Below, in pieces: positions 18,883 to 29,201 of a stretch of 64,000 nucleotides of DNA. The stretch is from an uncultured Bdellovibrio sp. Lineage in GTDB: Bacteria; Bdellovibrionota; Bdellovibrionia; Bdellovibrionales; Bdellovibrionaceae. A program made the translations under genes and the position numbers. Under the pieces are notes generated by a model that saw nothing but the letters and a program-made list of their open reading frames with translations, was not told the origin of the DNA and searched no databases. The stretch spans positions 97,821 to 161,820 of the forward strand of contig CAWVRN010000006.1 in assembly GCA_963932905.1 (NCBI GenBank), written 5' to 3'. Position 1 is the first letter of the stretch. Every line of letters starts with the position of its first letter.

Positions 18883-21264
18883 TTAAGTTCCTGCGTACGT
18901 AGGATTGTTCGTTTGTGGAGCTGTTAACAACAACTCATCCGACCAATCTTTAAGATCTACTTTTAACGCTTGACTCAAGACCTCGTTAATATGGCTTACA
19001 AAAGTGAATTGGATGTCTGACTTAATGTCCGCGGGGATATCTCTTAGATCCTTTTCATTTTTATCACACATAATAATCTGTCTTACGCCGGCTCTATGGG
19101 CCGCAATCACTTTTTCCTTGATACCACCGACCGGCATCACTCGTCCTCGTAAACTGATCTCACCTGTCATTGCTAACTTAGGATTCACAGTGACACGTGA
19201 TACAAGCGAAGCAATCGAAGTTAAAATCGTGATACCTGCTGACGGTCCATCTTTAGGAATCGCTCCTGATGGTACGTGTAGATGGATATCAAATTTATTC
19301 AAATCTAAACGTGGTGCCAGCACCGACATTCTGGATTTCACAAGCGACTTGGCAATCTGTGCGGATTCGCGCATCACTTCACCAAGTTGTCCGGTAATAA
19401 TCAAATCACCTTTCCCTGGAACAAGCGCCGTTTCAATAAACAGAATGTCACCGCCCACAGGTGTCCACGCCAATCCGGTAACAACCCCAGCCGTTGAGCT
19501 GAACTCAGCCACTTCGCTGGTGAATTTTTCCGGACCAAAAATATCTTCCAAATTATTAATTCCCACGATGACTTTTGTTTCACCACGTTGAATTTTCTCG
19601 GAAGCATATCGGCACATTTCGCTAATCTTACGCTGAAGATCGCGAACACCAGATTCACGTGTGTAATGAGTAATTACTTTTAACAACGCTTCGTCAGTTA
19701 CTTGAAGTTCTGATTTCTCAAAACTGTATTCTTCCATTTGCTTCGGAATAATATGGCTTTTTGCGATATTAAACTTCTCTGCCGATGTGTAACCCGACAA
19801 ATCGATCACTTCCATTCGATCTAACAACGGCCCCGGAATTCCTTCTAAAGAGTTCGCCGTCGCGATAAAGAATATCTTCGATAAATCAAACGGGGTATCC
19901 AAATAGTGATCTTGGAACGTATGATTTTGTTCGGGATCCAGCACTTCTAGTAAAGCCGCACCGGGATCACCGGCGTAACCGCGTGATAATTTATCGATCT
20001 CATCCAGTAAGAAAACGGCATCGTTCTGTTTTACTTTAGACAATGCCGAAACAATCTTACCCGGTAAGGCACCAATGTAAGTTCGTCTGTGACCTCGAAT
20101 TTCTGATTCATCACGAACACCACCTAAACTAATTCGGTGATATTTTTTATCTAATGCTCTAGCGATACTTTGTCCCAACGATGTTTTACCAACACCCGGA
20201 GGGCCAATGAACAACAAGATAGAACCTTTTTTATTTTTCCTACGCTTCATTACTGCTAAATGCTGCAATATGCGTTTTTTAATTTTATCTAAACCATAGT
20301 GATCCGCATTCAAAATAGCTTCTGCATCTTCTAAATTGAAATCCTTACCTGAAGAGCTCTCACTCCATGGCAATGATACCAACAGATCTAAATGCGTACG
20401 AATCATCTGATATTCAGGCGACTGCGTCGACGATGTAGACAGTTTTTTCAACTGTTGATTTGCTAGCTTCAACGCTTCTTCTGGCATTTTAGCATCGGCT
20501 ATTTTCTTTTCGTATTCGCTTTCTAAGTCTGGTGATTCATCATCACCAAGTTCTTCTTTAATGGTTCTTAATTGTTCACGTAGAATGTGTTCACGCTGAG
20601 TCTGTCCCAATTTGTTAGACAGCTTGCTGCGAATATCATTTTGCACAATCATTGTTTGTTTAAACTCTTGTAACAAAGTTAAAAGCGACAAAGTACGAGT
20701 TCTTAAATTAAAGTCTTCTAATATTTTTTGTTTTTCCACTAACGAAAGATCGATATTAGCTGCAGCCATATGGCCTAGCAGCGCCAAATCGTCCATGCCC
20801 TTGATTAGCTCGACCATGTTATCCGTATTACCAGGCATAACTTTTAGGATATCAATACCCATAGTTTTAAGGCTGGAAAGAAAGGCACTTTCCGTTGCTT
20901 TATCCATGTCAATCACATCATCATATCGCTCTAAATTTGTTTGGTAGCAACCGTCGGCAGATACATAATTAACAGAATGAGCACGGTAATAACCACGCAC
21001 AACTACGAAATAACTTGAATCTGGGGTCACTTTAATTGACTCAACTTTACAAAGTGTACCGAATGAATTTAAATCCGCTTCTGAGTCTAAATTCCCTTCT
21101 GCATCTTTCTGGGCTACCGCAAAAATCCATCCGTCTTTGCCAGCCGACAAATCGACGGCTCGCTTGCTCTTGTCACGGCCTACACGCAGAGTCTGGGTGA
21201 TGCCCGGATAAATCACAGTATTTTTTAAGGGAAGAACGGGTAACGATCCAACTGGGTATGTCAT
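18883..21264 (-). CDS. lon: ATP-dependent protease La (Lon)
   Basis: LON N-domain; Walker A GPPGVGKTS, LLDEIDK, PKDGPSAG, GGIKEK. Confidence 0.97.
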   Translation of the reverse strand: MTYPVGSLPVLPLKNTVIYPGITQTLRVGRDKSKRAVDLSAGKDGWIFAVAQKDAEGNLDSEADLNSFGTLCKVESIKVTPDSSYFVVVRGYYRAHSVNYVSADGCYQTNLERYDDVIDMDKATESAFLSSLKTMGIDILKVMPGNTDNMVELIKGMDDLALLGHMAAANIDLSLVEKQKILEDFNLRTRTLSLLTLLQEFKQTMIVQNDIRSKLSNKLGQTQREHILREQLRTIKEELGDDESPDLESEYEKKIADAKMPEEALKLANQQLKKLSTSSTQSPEYQMIRTHLDLLVSLPWSESSSGKDFNLEDAEAILNADHYGLDKIKKRILQHLAVMKRRKNKKGSILLFIGPPGVGKTSLGQSIARALDKKYHRISLGGVRDESEIRGHRRTYIGALPGKIVSALSKVKQNDAVFLLDEIDKLSRGYAGDPGAALLEVLDPEQNHTFQDHYLDTPFDLSKIFFIATANSLEGIPGPLLDRMEVIDLSGYTSAEKFNIAKSHIIPKQMEEYSFEKSELQVTDEALLKVITHYTRESGVRDLQRKISEMCRYASEKIQRGETKVIVGINNLEDIFGPEKFTSEVAEFSSTAGVVTGLAWTPVGGDILFIETALVPGKGDLIITGQLGEVMRESAQIAKSLVKSRMSVLAPRLDLNKFDIHLHVPSGAIPKDGPSAGITILTSIASLVSRVTVNPKLAMTGEISLRGRVMPVGGIKEKVIAAHRAGVRQIIMCDKNEKDLRDIPADIKSDIQFTFVSHINEVLSQALKVDLKDWSDELLLTAPQTNNPTYAGT

Positions 21265-21360
21265 AATATACTCCTATAAACCAAAGATGAGACCGATCGA
21301 GGTGCTGTCAAGGCAAGGTTAAAATACGTAGACGAAATAAAAGACAAATAGTAAGCGTGT

Positions 21361-21375
21361 TGGCAGAGCCATTGC
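21361..21375 (+). promoter_or_regulatory. Sigma54 (-24/-12) promoter
   Basis: TGGCAGAGCCATTGC matches TGGCA-N6-TTGC with GG-N10-GC spacing, 15 nt before ATG 21390. Confidence 0.6.
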
Positions 21376-21389
21376 TGAGTAAATATACG

Positions 21390-22349
21390 ATGGGTAAATT
21401 CGCGCTGTATATAGTTTTAATCGTTTCTCTTCTGTCAAACTTTAAGGCAGATGCCCATTTTAGCCAAGTTCCAAAAAATTTTTTTGAATTCGAATTGCAA
21501 ATGACTGAACACAGTATTGGAACTGGTATCACAATGAAGTTTCTTTTAGCTCGCATTTTGCTGAATCCAGAACAAGCAAAATATTTTCCCACTCTTTTGA
21601 AACACGTTGAATTAATTCAACGTCGCGCGACTCAACATGACCTTTCTAAATTTGCTCATAACGAAGATTTCGTTGAAAAGTACTACCCAAAAGGCTACAC
21701 AGCGCCGCTTAGTTCCCTGGTCTTAAAGTCGTATGGGAAAAACATTAGTAAAGAAAACGGCGATACTACACCTGAAGAAGCGGCCGCATTGAAAAACGCG
21801 TTCAAGCAAATCAATATTATTGACGACCGCCTTTTAGATGAACTTGTGGATGATTACACGAAGGATAAAAATTTTTCTATTGAAGAAATCGCGCAATTGA
21901 AAGCAGAACTCTATCAATTCGAACACATGGCTGATTTACTGAATAGACAACTTTTTGAAAATCTATATCGATTTAGAAAAAATTACGGACACCAAAGTCG
22001 CATTACCGAAGTTTTGGAATTTGGGCGACCATTCAAATTAGACAACGGTGACAAAGAACATTGGAACTCAGGCGATCACACACGCGAAATCGCTGTTTCC
22101 TATTTGCGCTCACCCACTTTGATTAGTCAAATCGCAAACGTAAACCCATGGACCGTCGTGCAGACTTATATGCACCACACTGAAAATTCGCCTTTCCTTA
22201 GAAATGAGCTGGCTATTGGGCAGCGATATGAAGCTATCATCGAATATGTCGCGAATCGAGAATCTATAAAGAAAGCAGAAGCCAAATATCTTCATAAAAA
22301 AGCGACTAGAAAGATCCTTAACCAATGCCTTTTCTTCTATGGCGGCTAA
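21390..22349 (+). CDS. Secreted HD-motif protein, hypothetical
   Basis: Signal peptide MGKFALYIVLIVSLLSNFKADA; H..HD..D pattern (TEHS, QHDLSKF, HMADLLNR); ATG 21390 preferred over TTG 21357. Confidence 0.65.
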   Translation: MGKFALYIVLIVSLLSNFKADAHFSQVPKNFFEFELQMTEHSIGTGITMKFLLARILLNPEQAKYFPTLLKHVELIQRRATQHDLSKFAHNEDFVEKYYPKGYTAPLSSLVLKSYGKNISKENGDTTPEEAAALKNAFKQINIIDDRLLDELVDDYTKDKNFSIEEIAQLKAELYQFEHMADLLNRQLFENLYRFRKNYGHQSRITEVLEFGRPFKLDNGDKEHWNSGDHTREIAVSYLRSPTLISQIANVNPWTVVQTYMHHTENSPFLRNELAIGQRYEAIIEYVANRESIKKAEAKYLHKKATRKILNQCLFFYGG

Positions 22350-22430
22350 GACAGTTGTCTAACTTTCTACACCCCCAAAAGCCTCTATTACGTCTGTATT
22401 TGACCTAAAAAGCCATTAAAGTGTCCCCTT

Positions 22431-22445
22431 AGGCATAAGCCGTGC
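22431..22445 (+). promoter_or_regulatory. Possible sigma54 promoter
   Basis: AGGCATAAGCCGTGC, GG-N10-GC spacing, 14 nt before ATG 22459. Confidence 0.4.
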
Positions 22446-22458
22446 AACCCAATAACAT

Positions 22459-23391
22459 ATGAGAATTATTGAAAGAAAACTAACAGAAATTGGTGAATTT
22501 TTCGCGCGCGATATCTTGTCATTTGCCATCCTAATTTTCCTCAGTGCATTTTTACTCAATCACCTGGCTTCGGCAGCTCCAGTAAGAAGTGCAAGCTCTA
22601 TCACTCAAAAATTAAAAACTAAAAAATACATAGAAGAGCGACCAACAAGTTATTTATCCAGTGGTCTTAAGTTTCACGGTAGCGAACAAGTATTAAAATC
22701 TTGGCAGGTAACCCTGGGACTAAACACAGCACAGAAAACGCAAAGTACGTATGGAATCAACACGGAAACTTCAATCAAATTTAACGAGAACTCCAGTTTC
22801 AAGGGTTTACTAAACTACACCCAGTATTCTAAAAATGAGCTTCAAAATGATGTCTCCGATTTGCTGATGAACTACTATTTCATGAAGAGCAAACTATCCT
22901 CTATGAACCTATCTCCCTATCTAACCTCCACCGTTCCACTATCCAAAGATTCGACCCAGCGTCAGTTTTTAAATTTTGGCGTCGGTTTAGGAACCAAGCT
23001 CTCCAGCCAATCATATTTGGGCAGTGGAATTCTGTCGACGTCAGGCAGTGTTTCGATTCAGAAGTATTTCCATAAATACGAAATCGCCATCAATAACTTT
23101 TCAAATACGTCGCATGTTTCTAATCAACAAATATCTACCGGTTGGGAATATAAGCAATTTGGTTTAGCGCTTCAGTTACGCCACATCAATTCATGGAACT
23201 ATGCTGGCGTAGCAAAAGATTCTTTCTTTCATATGCAAACTTTTTCATGGAATATCAACAGACAGTTTTCTGTATCGGCTGGCCAAACAAGCTATGGAAC
23301 TGTTATTTCACCTGACCAAGAAGAAGTCGAAGTTCGCGTTATCGATGACAACGCATCGGCTTTCTTTATTTCAACCAACTACATTTTCTGA
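22459..23391 (+). CDS. Putative outer-membrane beta-barrel protein
   Basis: Hydrophobic signal segment, alternating amphipathic strands, terminal FISTNYIF; 21-nt convergent overlap with addA. Confidence 0.6.
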   Translation: MRIIERKLTEIGEFFARDILSFAILIFLSAFLLNHLASAAPVRSASSITQKLKTKKYIEERPTSYLSSGLKFHGSEQVLKSWQVTLGLNTAQKTQSTYGINTETSIKFNENSSFKGLLNYTQYSKNELQNDVSDLLMNYYFMKSKLSSMNLSPYLTSTVPLSKDSTQRQFLNFGVGLGTKLSSQSYLGSGILSTSGSVSIQKYFHKYEIAINNFSNTSHVSNQQISTGWEYKQFGLALQLRHINSWNYAGVAKDSFFHMQTFSWNINRQFSVSAGQTSYGTVISPDQEEVEVRVIDDNASAFFISTNYIF

Positions 23392-26300
23392 TTCACGCTC
23401 TTGTATAAAACTATCAAAATATGGTCCTGCGGGCTTCACCTGATAGGTCAAATGATCCACCTTCTTTTGATCAACATAATCAATTACTAGGTCAAATGTT
23501 ATCGTTGAAGGCATTTTCTTTATGAACGCCAAACACTGCGCATAGAACATCAACTGTTTAGAATATACATCCGTGTGAACCGAACGCCCTGATTTGTAAT
23601 CGATAATCAAAACACGATCACCATCAAAGAATACGAAATCGACTGAACCTACGATTTGATAATCACCATATTGAAAAGTAAATCGATACTCGCGCAATCC
23701 TCGTGCAAACAGCTGGTCTAAACTGTCCTTATATGCCAAAGAAGGGTAATATGAAAAATCGAATAGACCTTTTTCACGACGGAGATGAGTTTCAATACCT
23801 TTTTGTGAAATAATCACATCGCGCAGTTTCGCTTGCCGCTGGCCACTAGATGAACTGAATGATAATGGTCTTTTAGTTTCCACATTACTCATTTTCATAT
23901 TCAACTGATTTAGAAAGGGCGTTACGTTTTTACCACTGTCTTTGTTATCAGCTTTTGCAAAAGTACTTTTTTGTGGCAAAAAGCTTTCATCAACAAAACT
24001 ATTCGCATCGATAGTTTGCCAATCCATTGAAAAAGATAACGATTCCTTGTTCATCAAATATTGATGGTAGAAATCCTTAATTTGATACGCCCATGACGAT
24101 TCAGAAAGTTTGTTTTGAGTCAAAGTAAACAACGACACCATTTTTTTTGCGCGAGTGAGGGCCACATACAGAAGTCGTTCAAACTCTTCAGCTTCACGTT
24201 CTTTTTGCAGTGCCCACTGTCGCCAATAAATAGGACTGCGAATTTTATCATCTTTATCCTTATTTTTAACAAAAATAGAAAACTGCTTTGTTTCAGTATC
24301 GACATCAAGCACATAACGACCACGTGTGCGCTGTGGAGCATGCATACCTATCACGATAACGTGGTCAAACTGTAGACCTTTAGATGCATGGATCGTCATC
24401 ATCTGAATTTTTTTTGGCTCAACAATAGCTTGCGACTCGCTCTCTTCATAGGCATCATTTTTATTAGGATCAAGGACGCCATCCAATTGGACTAAAAAAG
24501 ATTCTAAACCTTTAGCAAACTCTTCACGCATCCAATAAAAACACTTCCATAAATTTGATTCTCGTTTACCAGACGAATCTACTAAATGATTGAGGACAAA
24601 TGAAGCCTCATTTATAGCGAATAATTCTGTCGTTTCAACGATACCCAATTCGTTACTTTTCTTTAGATAGATATTCAACTTTTCTAAATCCAAAATCACT
24701 TTAGATGTGAATTTATCGGAACTAGCTATCAAATTTTCCCACGACCTAAAATGATGCGTCACCAGCTTAATATCGTCCGGGTTCATCCCCACAGCTGGCG
24801 TCTTCAATAAAAACGACAAATTATTAACATCATCTGGTCGAACTAGAAAACGAACAAAAAATAAAATATCCAAAATCTCGCGCTGCCTAAAAAACTGTCC
24901 TTGGCTATGAACATAGTGAGGAATACCTAGTATTTCCAATTCCGTAGCCAAATTTTCCAGATCGCGATTTGTCCTTGATAGAACCACGACGTCTTCTAGT
25001 TTGATTTCGGGATGGGTATGAACCAGTTTAGCAATTTGTTTCGCCGACAGCGCCGCACTCTCTGTTTTGTCCATAATTTCAAAAACATTAACGTCTTGTC
25101 GAAGCGAAACTTTGTCTTTAATAGGAACCATTTTCTGAAACTGATTATACTGCCTAGAAAAAAACTCATTAATGAAGTTTAGTACTCCAAAATGAGATCG
25201 ATAGTTGTTATCAAGTACTTCCACTTGTCCAGACGTCTTCAATTCGTTCATTTTTCCATCAAACACTCTAGAATCAGATCCGCGGAAATAATAAATACTT
25301 TGCTGTGGATCACCTACATAAAACACGCGCGCTTTTCCTATCAGCTGATTCAACAATGTAATTTGGATGGGGCTGGTGTCTTGGAATTCATCGACCATCC
25401 AGAAATCCCATTTTTTGGAAAATTGTTCGAATAAATAGGGCTTTGTTTCCAAAACTCTAAAACACAATGTTTCAATATCCGAAATAGAAATTTCCTGCGA
25501 CTCTCTTTGATCGGCGTCAACGGCACTGAAATACTTCTCTGCAATTTCTACAAACGTAGTTTGCAAAAGCTCAAAAGAATCTAAAAAATTTTCGTGGTAG
25601 TTCTTTTCCCGGTATTCACGCAACTTCTTGATAGCCGAAACAAACCGAACTTGCGATGAAATCAGCCCCTCATCTCCTTTCTTCGCAATCGTGGGCAGCC
25701 GAGGCAATGTATCTTCCCAGGCAAGTAGATCCACCACTATTTTTTCGTCGTCAGAATCTATACGAGGAAATCCCTGTAAAGAGTTTGTCCAAGCCTCTGT
25801 TAACTTTGAACTTTGCAACATGCCTATGCTTGATCTGAATTCAGATACAAAATCTTGGCGAAGGGTATTTAAATAGGCCTGAAACGATTCACGATCTAGG
25901 CTGTGCAAATTGCCCATCGTCAATTTAAACTGGCGGAAATCACAAACCAGTGAATAGAGTTCTGATAGAGTGAACGTATCTAACAGCACCACAGCCGTAG
26001 GTTCTTCATTCACAATCTTTCGGAATAATTTCTGTTGTCGACGAGCGATGTCGGCTTCGTTTATAACCGCAAAGTCTTTCGTTAGTCCAAACTCTGCCTG
26101 GTTCTGCCCCAAAAATAAGTGCAAAACACCATGAATGGTTGAAACCAATAGGTTCGCCTTAGCATTGATGAAATTGAAAAACTCGACATCGTTGGTCTCA
26201 ATCGCCTTCTTTAGTAACCGTTCGTTAATCTCTTGAGTCGCTTTATTTGAAAATGTGGTAAGGACGACTCGGGGCCAAGCTTCATTTGCTTGTTTATGGC

Positions 26301-26403
26301 TGTGGAAGAAGCCATACACCTCGTTAATTAAACGAGTCGTTTTACCGGCCCCGGCCCCGGCACGAATCAATACATTTTTATTTACAAATGGGGCGCTCTG
26401 CAC
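23371..26403 (-). CDS. addA: ATP-dependent helicase/nuclease subunit A (UvrD-like + PD-(D/E)XK nuclease)
   Basis: AGAGAGKT, VDEFQDT, VGDPQQSIYYFRG, NYRS, TIHASKGLQF, LYVALTRAK, IIDYKSG; GTG 26403 follows GGAGG. Confidence 0.9.
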   Translation of the reverse strand: MQSAPFVNKNVLIRAGAGAGKTTRLINEVYGFFHSHKQANEAWPRVVLTTFSNKATQEINERLLKKAIETNDVEFFNFINAKANLLVSTIHGVLHLFLGQNQAEFGLTKDFAVINEADIARRQQKLFRKIVNEEPTAVVLLDTFTLSELYSLVCDFRQFKLTMGNLHSLDRESFQAYLNTLRQDFVSEFRSSIGMLQSSKLTEAWTNSLQGFPRIDSDDEKIVVDLLAWEDTLPRLPTIAKKGDEGLISSQVRFVSAIKKLREYREKNYHENFLDSFELLQTTFVEIAEKYFSAVDADQRESQEISISDIETLCFRVLETKPYLFEQFSKKWDFWMVDEFQDTSPIQITLLNQLIGKARVFYVGDPQQSIYYFRGSDSRVFDGKMNELKTSGQVEVLDNNYRSHFGVLNFINEFFSRQYNQFQKMVPIKDKVSLRQDVNVFEIMDKTESAALSAKQIAKLVHTHPEIKLEDVVVLSRTNRDLENLATELEILGIPHYVHSQGQFFRQREILDILFFVRFLVRPDDVNNLSFLLKTPAVGMNPDDIKLVTHHFRSWENLIASSDKFTSKVILDLEKLNIYLKKSNELGIVETTELFAINEASFVLNHLVDSSGKRESNLWKCFYWMREEFAKGLESFLVQLDGVLDPNKNDAYEESESQAIVEPKKIQMMTIHASKGLQFDHVIVIGMHAPQRTRGRYVLDVDTETKQFSIFVKNKDKDDKIRSPIYWRQWALQKEREAEEFERLLYVALTRAKKMVSLFTLTQNKLSESSWAYQIKDFYHQYLMNKESLSFSMDWQTIDANSFVDESFLPQKSTFAKADNKDSGKNVTPFLNQLNMKMSNVETKRPLSFSSSSGQRQAKLRDVIISQKGIETHLRREKGLFDFSYYPSLAYKDSLDQLFARGLREYRFTFQYGDYQIVGSVDFVFFDGDRVLIIDYKSGRSVHTDVYSKQLMFYAQCLAFIKKMPSTITFDLVIDYVDQKKVDHLTYQVKPAGPYFDSFIQERESENVVG

Positions 26404-29177
26404 GACAGCCTCCATTCACAATACTGACATTTTTTTTCATCTGCCGGGTTCGGGAAAAAATGACCTTCGCGCATTTGCTGGATCATTTCTTGAAACTGTA
26501 GCAGAAATTCGGCTTCCACTTTTTCTTTGTCTTCAACAGAACCAATTGATTTTTTAGCGTAACCGAGTTCAAAAAGTCTAGGGTCAGAAACTGCGAAGCC
26601 CTTTTTGTTACTTAAATCTGGCAATTGCCAATACGTCAGATTCTCCACTTTCCCCGCCCAAGGTTCCTTACTGTAACTTTGAACTATATGGTTATACAGC
26701 AGCAGCTGGAATTCTTTCTTTTCAATCCAGTTAATATACGACGAATAGTTTTTCAAACTGGATTTGTAATCAACCAACCACAAATGGCCAGTTCGTTGAT
26801 TAAGTAAAATGCGATCAATGACTCCCGAAATCTTTACTGTATCCGGCGTCTGCATCTGACTAAACTCGTATCGCTTCCAATCATAATAAATTTCCCATGG
26901 CCATTCGACGGCGACACTTTTTAAATCTGGAAAATGACTGCGCAGTTTAATTTCATGATCGATAAACTTAATAACATTTTCAAAATAGGACTTGCGAACT
27001 AACTTCCAAGTCGATTCACCAAACCCAACGGGCAAGACCGACGCGAAATCAGTTTGCAGACGATCTAATAAAGCTAATCGACCTGCTTCTCCTAGTCCGT
27101 TTGCAATCAAAGGCGTGATATAAACATCTTCCTGCTTAATAATTTGCTCAAATATCGAGTGATACCAACTGCCTTTATCGCGTGCATTGACATCAAAACT
27201 TTCAGCTTCAACGCTTTTTAATCGTAGCACACGTTGAAAATAAAATTTCTGGCGGCAATCCAAAAATGTCTGAATCGAAGATGGCGACAAAGATATTTCA
27301 TTCAAAGCAAAATGCGGAACGGGTGTCGCTAACTCCGGCCTCGCATCCCATTTTTGAACATCGATTTTAAAATCCTGATGACGATGGTGTAGCCACTGGG
27401 AATCATCATTAGAAATCAACCAATCCCACAAAATCGGTGGCGGCGTATCCATTTCTTGTTCAATCAGTTTCTGTTCAAAGGCACGACTCTGCCACAAAGG
27501 CGCAGGGTTTTGGATACGCGAATCTATCCCTTTATAAGGATAAGAGAGAGCCACTTCATCGCTGACTTGTACTAACAGATCTTCAAGCAAAAATGAGTTT
27601 AAACTTAGATCCGGATGCTCAAGATAGATACCCAGTTCGCTACCCAATGTGTATATGTCTTCCGTTGGTATGGCTTCCTTAAATTTGCTAGCAAACGCAC
27701 TTTCATCAAGGCCTATGACAACGACATTCTTCTGATTAAACAATGAAACCTGAGAGAGTGAATTCAACTGAATCCCCGCGGAATCTTTACCACTCACGGT
27801 GACGTTAGCCTGAAGTGCAATTTTTTCGATTTGCTCAACCCACTCACGTGGGTGCAGCTTTACGTCCGGTGAAGACGTATCAAATAAAGAATTTAGGATT
27901 CTTTCTTTTCGCTCGCCAAGCCCCATGCGTTCCCAAAAGATTTCAGTTTGTCTAACGAAATCATGGGCGCTGACTTCAGTGTTCCTGAATTGAATTAAAC
28001 GTTCCAGGGGGAATCCTAAGTGTTGGCTAAAAAAATCTGGAACCCATTTTTGAACTAACTCTAAAAAAGCATCGGCCGACAAAAATGGGGAGTTTAATTT
28101 TTCTTCCAGTTTATTGAACGGAGTCGATTTATTGCCAGCACAAAATCTTACCAACGATTCTTTTACAGAAGAGAATTCGATATTTAACTTAAAAAATGAC
28201 AAATCCGAAAGCAACTCGCGAATATCTTTGAATTCTAAATAGATTGATTTTTTTACTTGGTTAACAGGAACACCTTCAGCCAATAACTGCCAATGCAATA
28301 TGTCAGCGTACTTTCGGATATCTGGGGCCACGATAGACATTTGGTTCCAGGCGATTCCTGAATTTTTCCAGGATTTTATTTTTCCCACTGCATAGCGTAC
28401 TTCAGAGACCGCCGACGAAAATTTCTTTAGTTCAACAGCAGCCAATGGCGGTTTATCTTTGGATTTATTTTCCGAAGTATCAAATCGCTCGTAGGCTTGC
28501 ACCAAATGGTTATAGTGTTCATCAAAGGCATGCACAGTTTGGAACAGTGTTATTTCGTGATTTCTAGCTAATTTCTGAATCAAACTAGCTTCCAGCATTC
28601 CATAGTCCGCCCCCAAATCAAAAAATAGGCGCGACATCGGTAGTTTCAAATTCGTCAGATCGGCCATTTGTAACTGTGCCACAAGCCAGTCTTCACAAAC
28701 GATTTGGGCATCTAAAAAATACGACAAAAATAGTTTATTCAATAACAGATCAGGTTTTAGACGAAGTTTTCGTTCTTCCGAAACATTCAGCCACTCTTCA
28801 AGTTTAGTTTCGTCTAAATCAGGATCGAACAACAAAGAGGAATAGTAAGTAATACTACGAAGACGACTTTTCTCGTCAATAACATCAATATCTAAGTCAG
28901 TCTTTAAATTTTGCAGTTTCCGTTTCAAAAAAATTTGGGCAAAGTCACGTGATACAATTTTGAAATTTGGGAATGCACGTTCATGCACCATTTTAAAAAA
29001 CGAACGGTGCCACTGAACACTTACATCTAAAAAGTAGCCATCACGCGACAATACGTGCTGAGACATATAATCTCGATCACTGGCTTTGGAAACTATCCAC
29101 GATTCTTTTTCGACATCAATATTTTGGAAGTGTTCCCAAACCTGATTTTTTGAATGTATTTTAATCAGTTTTAGCAC
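26382..29177 (-). CDS. addB: AddB-like PD-(D/E)XK nuclease with Fe-S staple cysteines
   Basis: LSPSSIQTFLDC, GVIDRI, VDYKS, QLLLY, CQYCEWRLSC; coupled to addA. Confidence 0.85.
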   Translation of the reverse strand: MLKLIKIHSKNQVWEHFQNIDVEKESWIVSKASDRDYMSQHVLSRDGYFLDVSVQWHRSFFKMVHERAFPNFKIVSRDFAQIFLKRKLQNLKTDLDIDVIDEKSRLRSITYYSSLLFDPDLDETKLEEWLNVSEERKLRLKPDLLLNKLFLSYFLDAQIVCEDWLVAQLQMADLTNLKLPMSRLFFDLGADYGMLEASLIQKLARNHEITLFQTVHAFDEHYNHLVQAYERFDTSENKSKDKPPLAAVELKKFSSAVSEVRYAVGKIKSWKNSGIAWNQMSIVAPDIRKYADILHWQLLAEGVPVNQVKKSIYLEFKDIRELLSDLSFFKLNIEFSSVKESLVRFCAGNKSTPFNKLEEKLNSPFLSADAFLELVQKWVPDFFSQHLGFPLERLIQFRNTEVSAHDFVRQTEIFWERMGLGERKERILNSLFDTSSPDVKLHPREWVEQIEKIALQANVTVSGKDSAGIQLNSLSQVSLFNQKNVVVIGLDESAFASKFKEAIPTEDIYTLGSELGIYLEHPDLSLNSFLLEDLLVQVSDEVALSYPYKGIDSRIQNPAPLWQSRAFEQKLIEQEMDTPPPILWDWLISNDDSQWLHHRHQDFKIDVQKWDARPELATPVPHFALNEISLSPSSIQTFLDCRQKFYFQRVLRLKSVEAESFDVNARDKGSWYHSIFEQIIKQEDVYITPLIANGLGEAGRLALLDRLQTDFASVLPVGFGESTWKLVRKSYFENVIKFIDHEIKLRSHFPDLKSVAVEWPWEIYYDWKRYEFSQMQTPDTVKISGVIDRILLNQRTGHLWLVDYKSSLKNYSSYINWIEKKEFQLLLYNHIVQSYSKEPWAGKVENLTYWQLPDLSNKKGFAVSDPRLFELGYAKKSIGSVEDKEKVEAEFLLQFQEMIQQMREGHFFPNPADEKKCQYCEWRLSCRAPHL

Positions 29178-29201
29178 GTTAAAACGCTTTCAATACAAAG
29201 C

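Noticed and set aside
19004..19591. 195-aa + strand ORF and other antisense ORFs (e.g. 12328-12813, 58027-58401, 6922-7278)
   Set aside because: They lie wholly opposite well-supported genes and show no motifs; shadow ORFs.
23371..29177. Novel helicase-nuclease defence system
   Set aside because: Motifs, Fe-S cysteines and gene order match ordinary AddAB recombination-repair genes.
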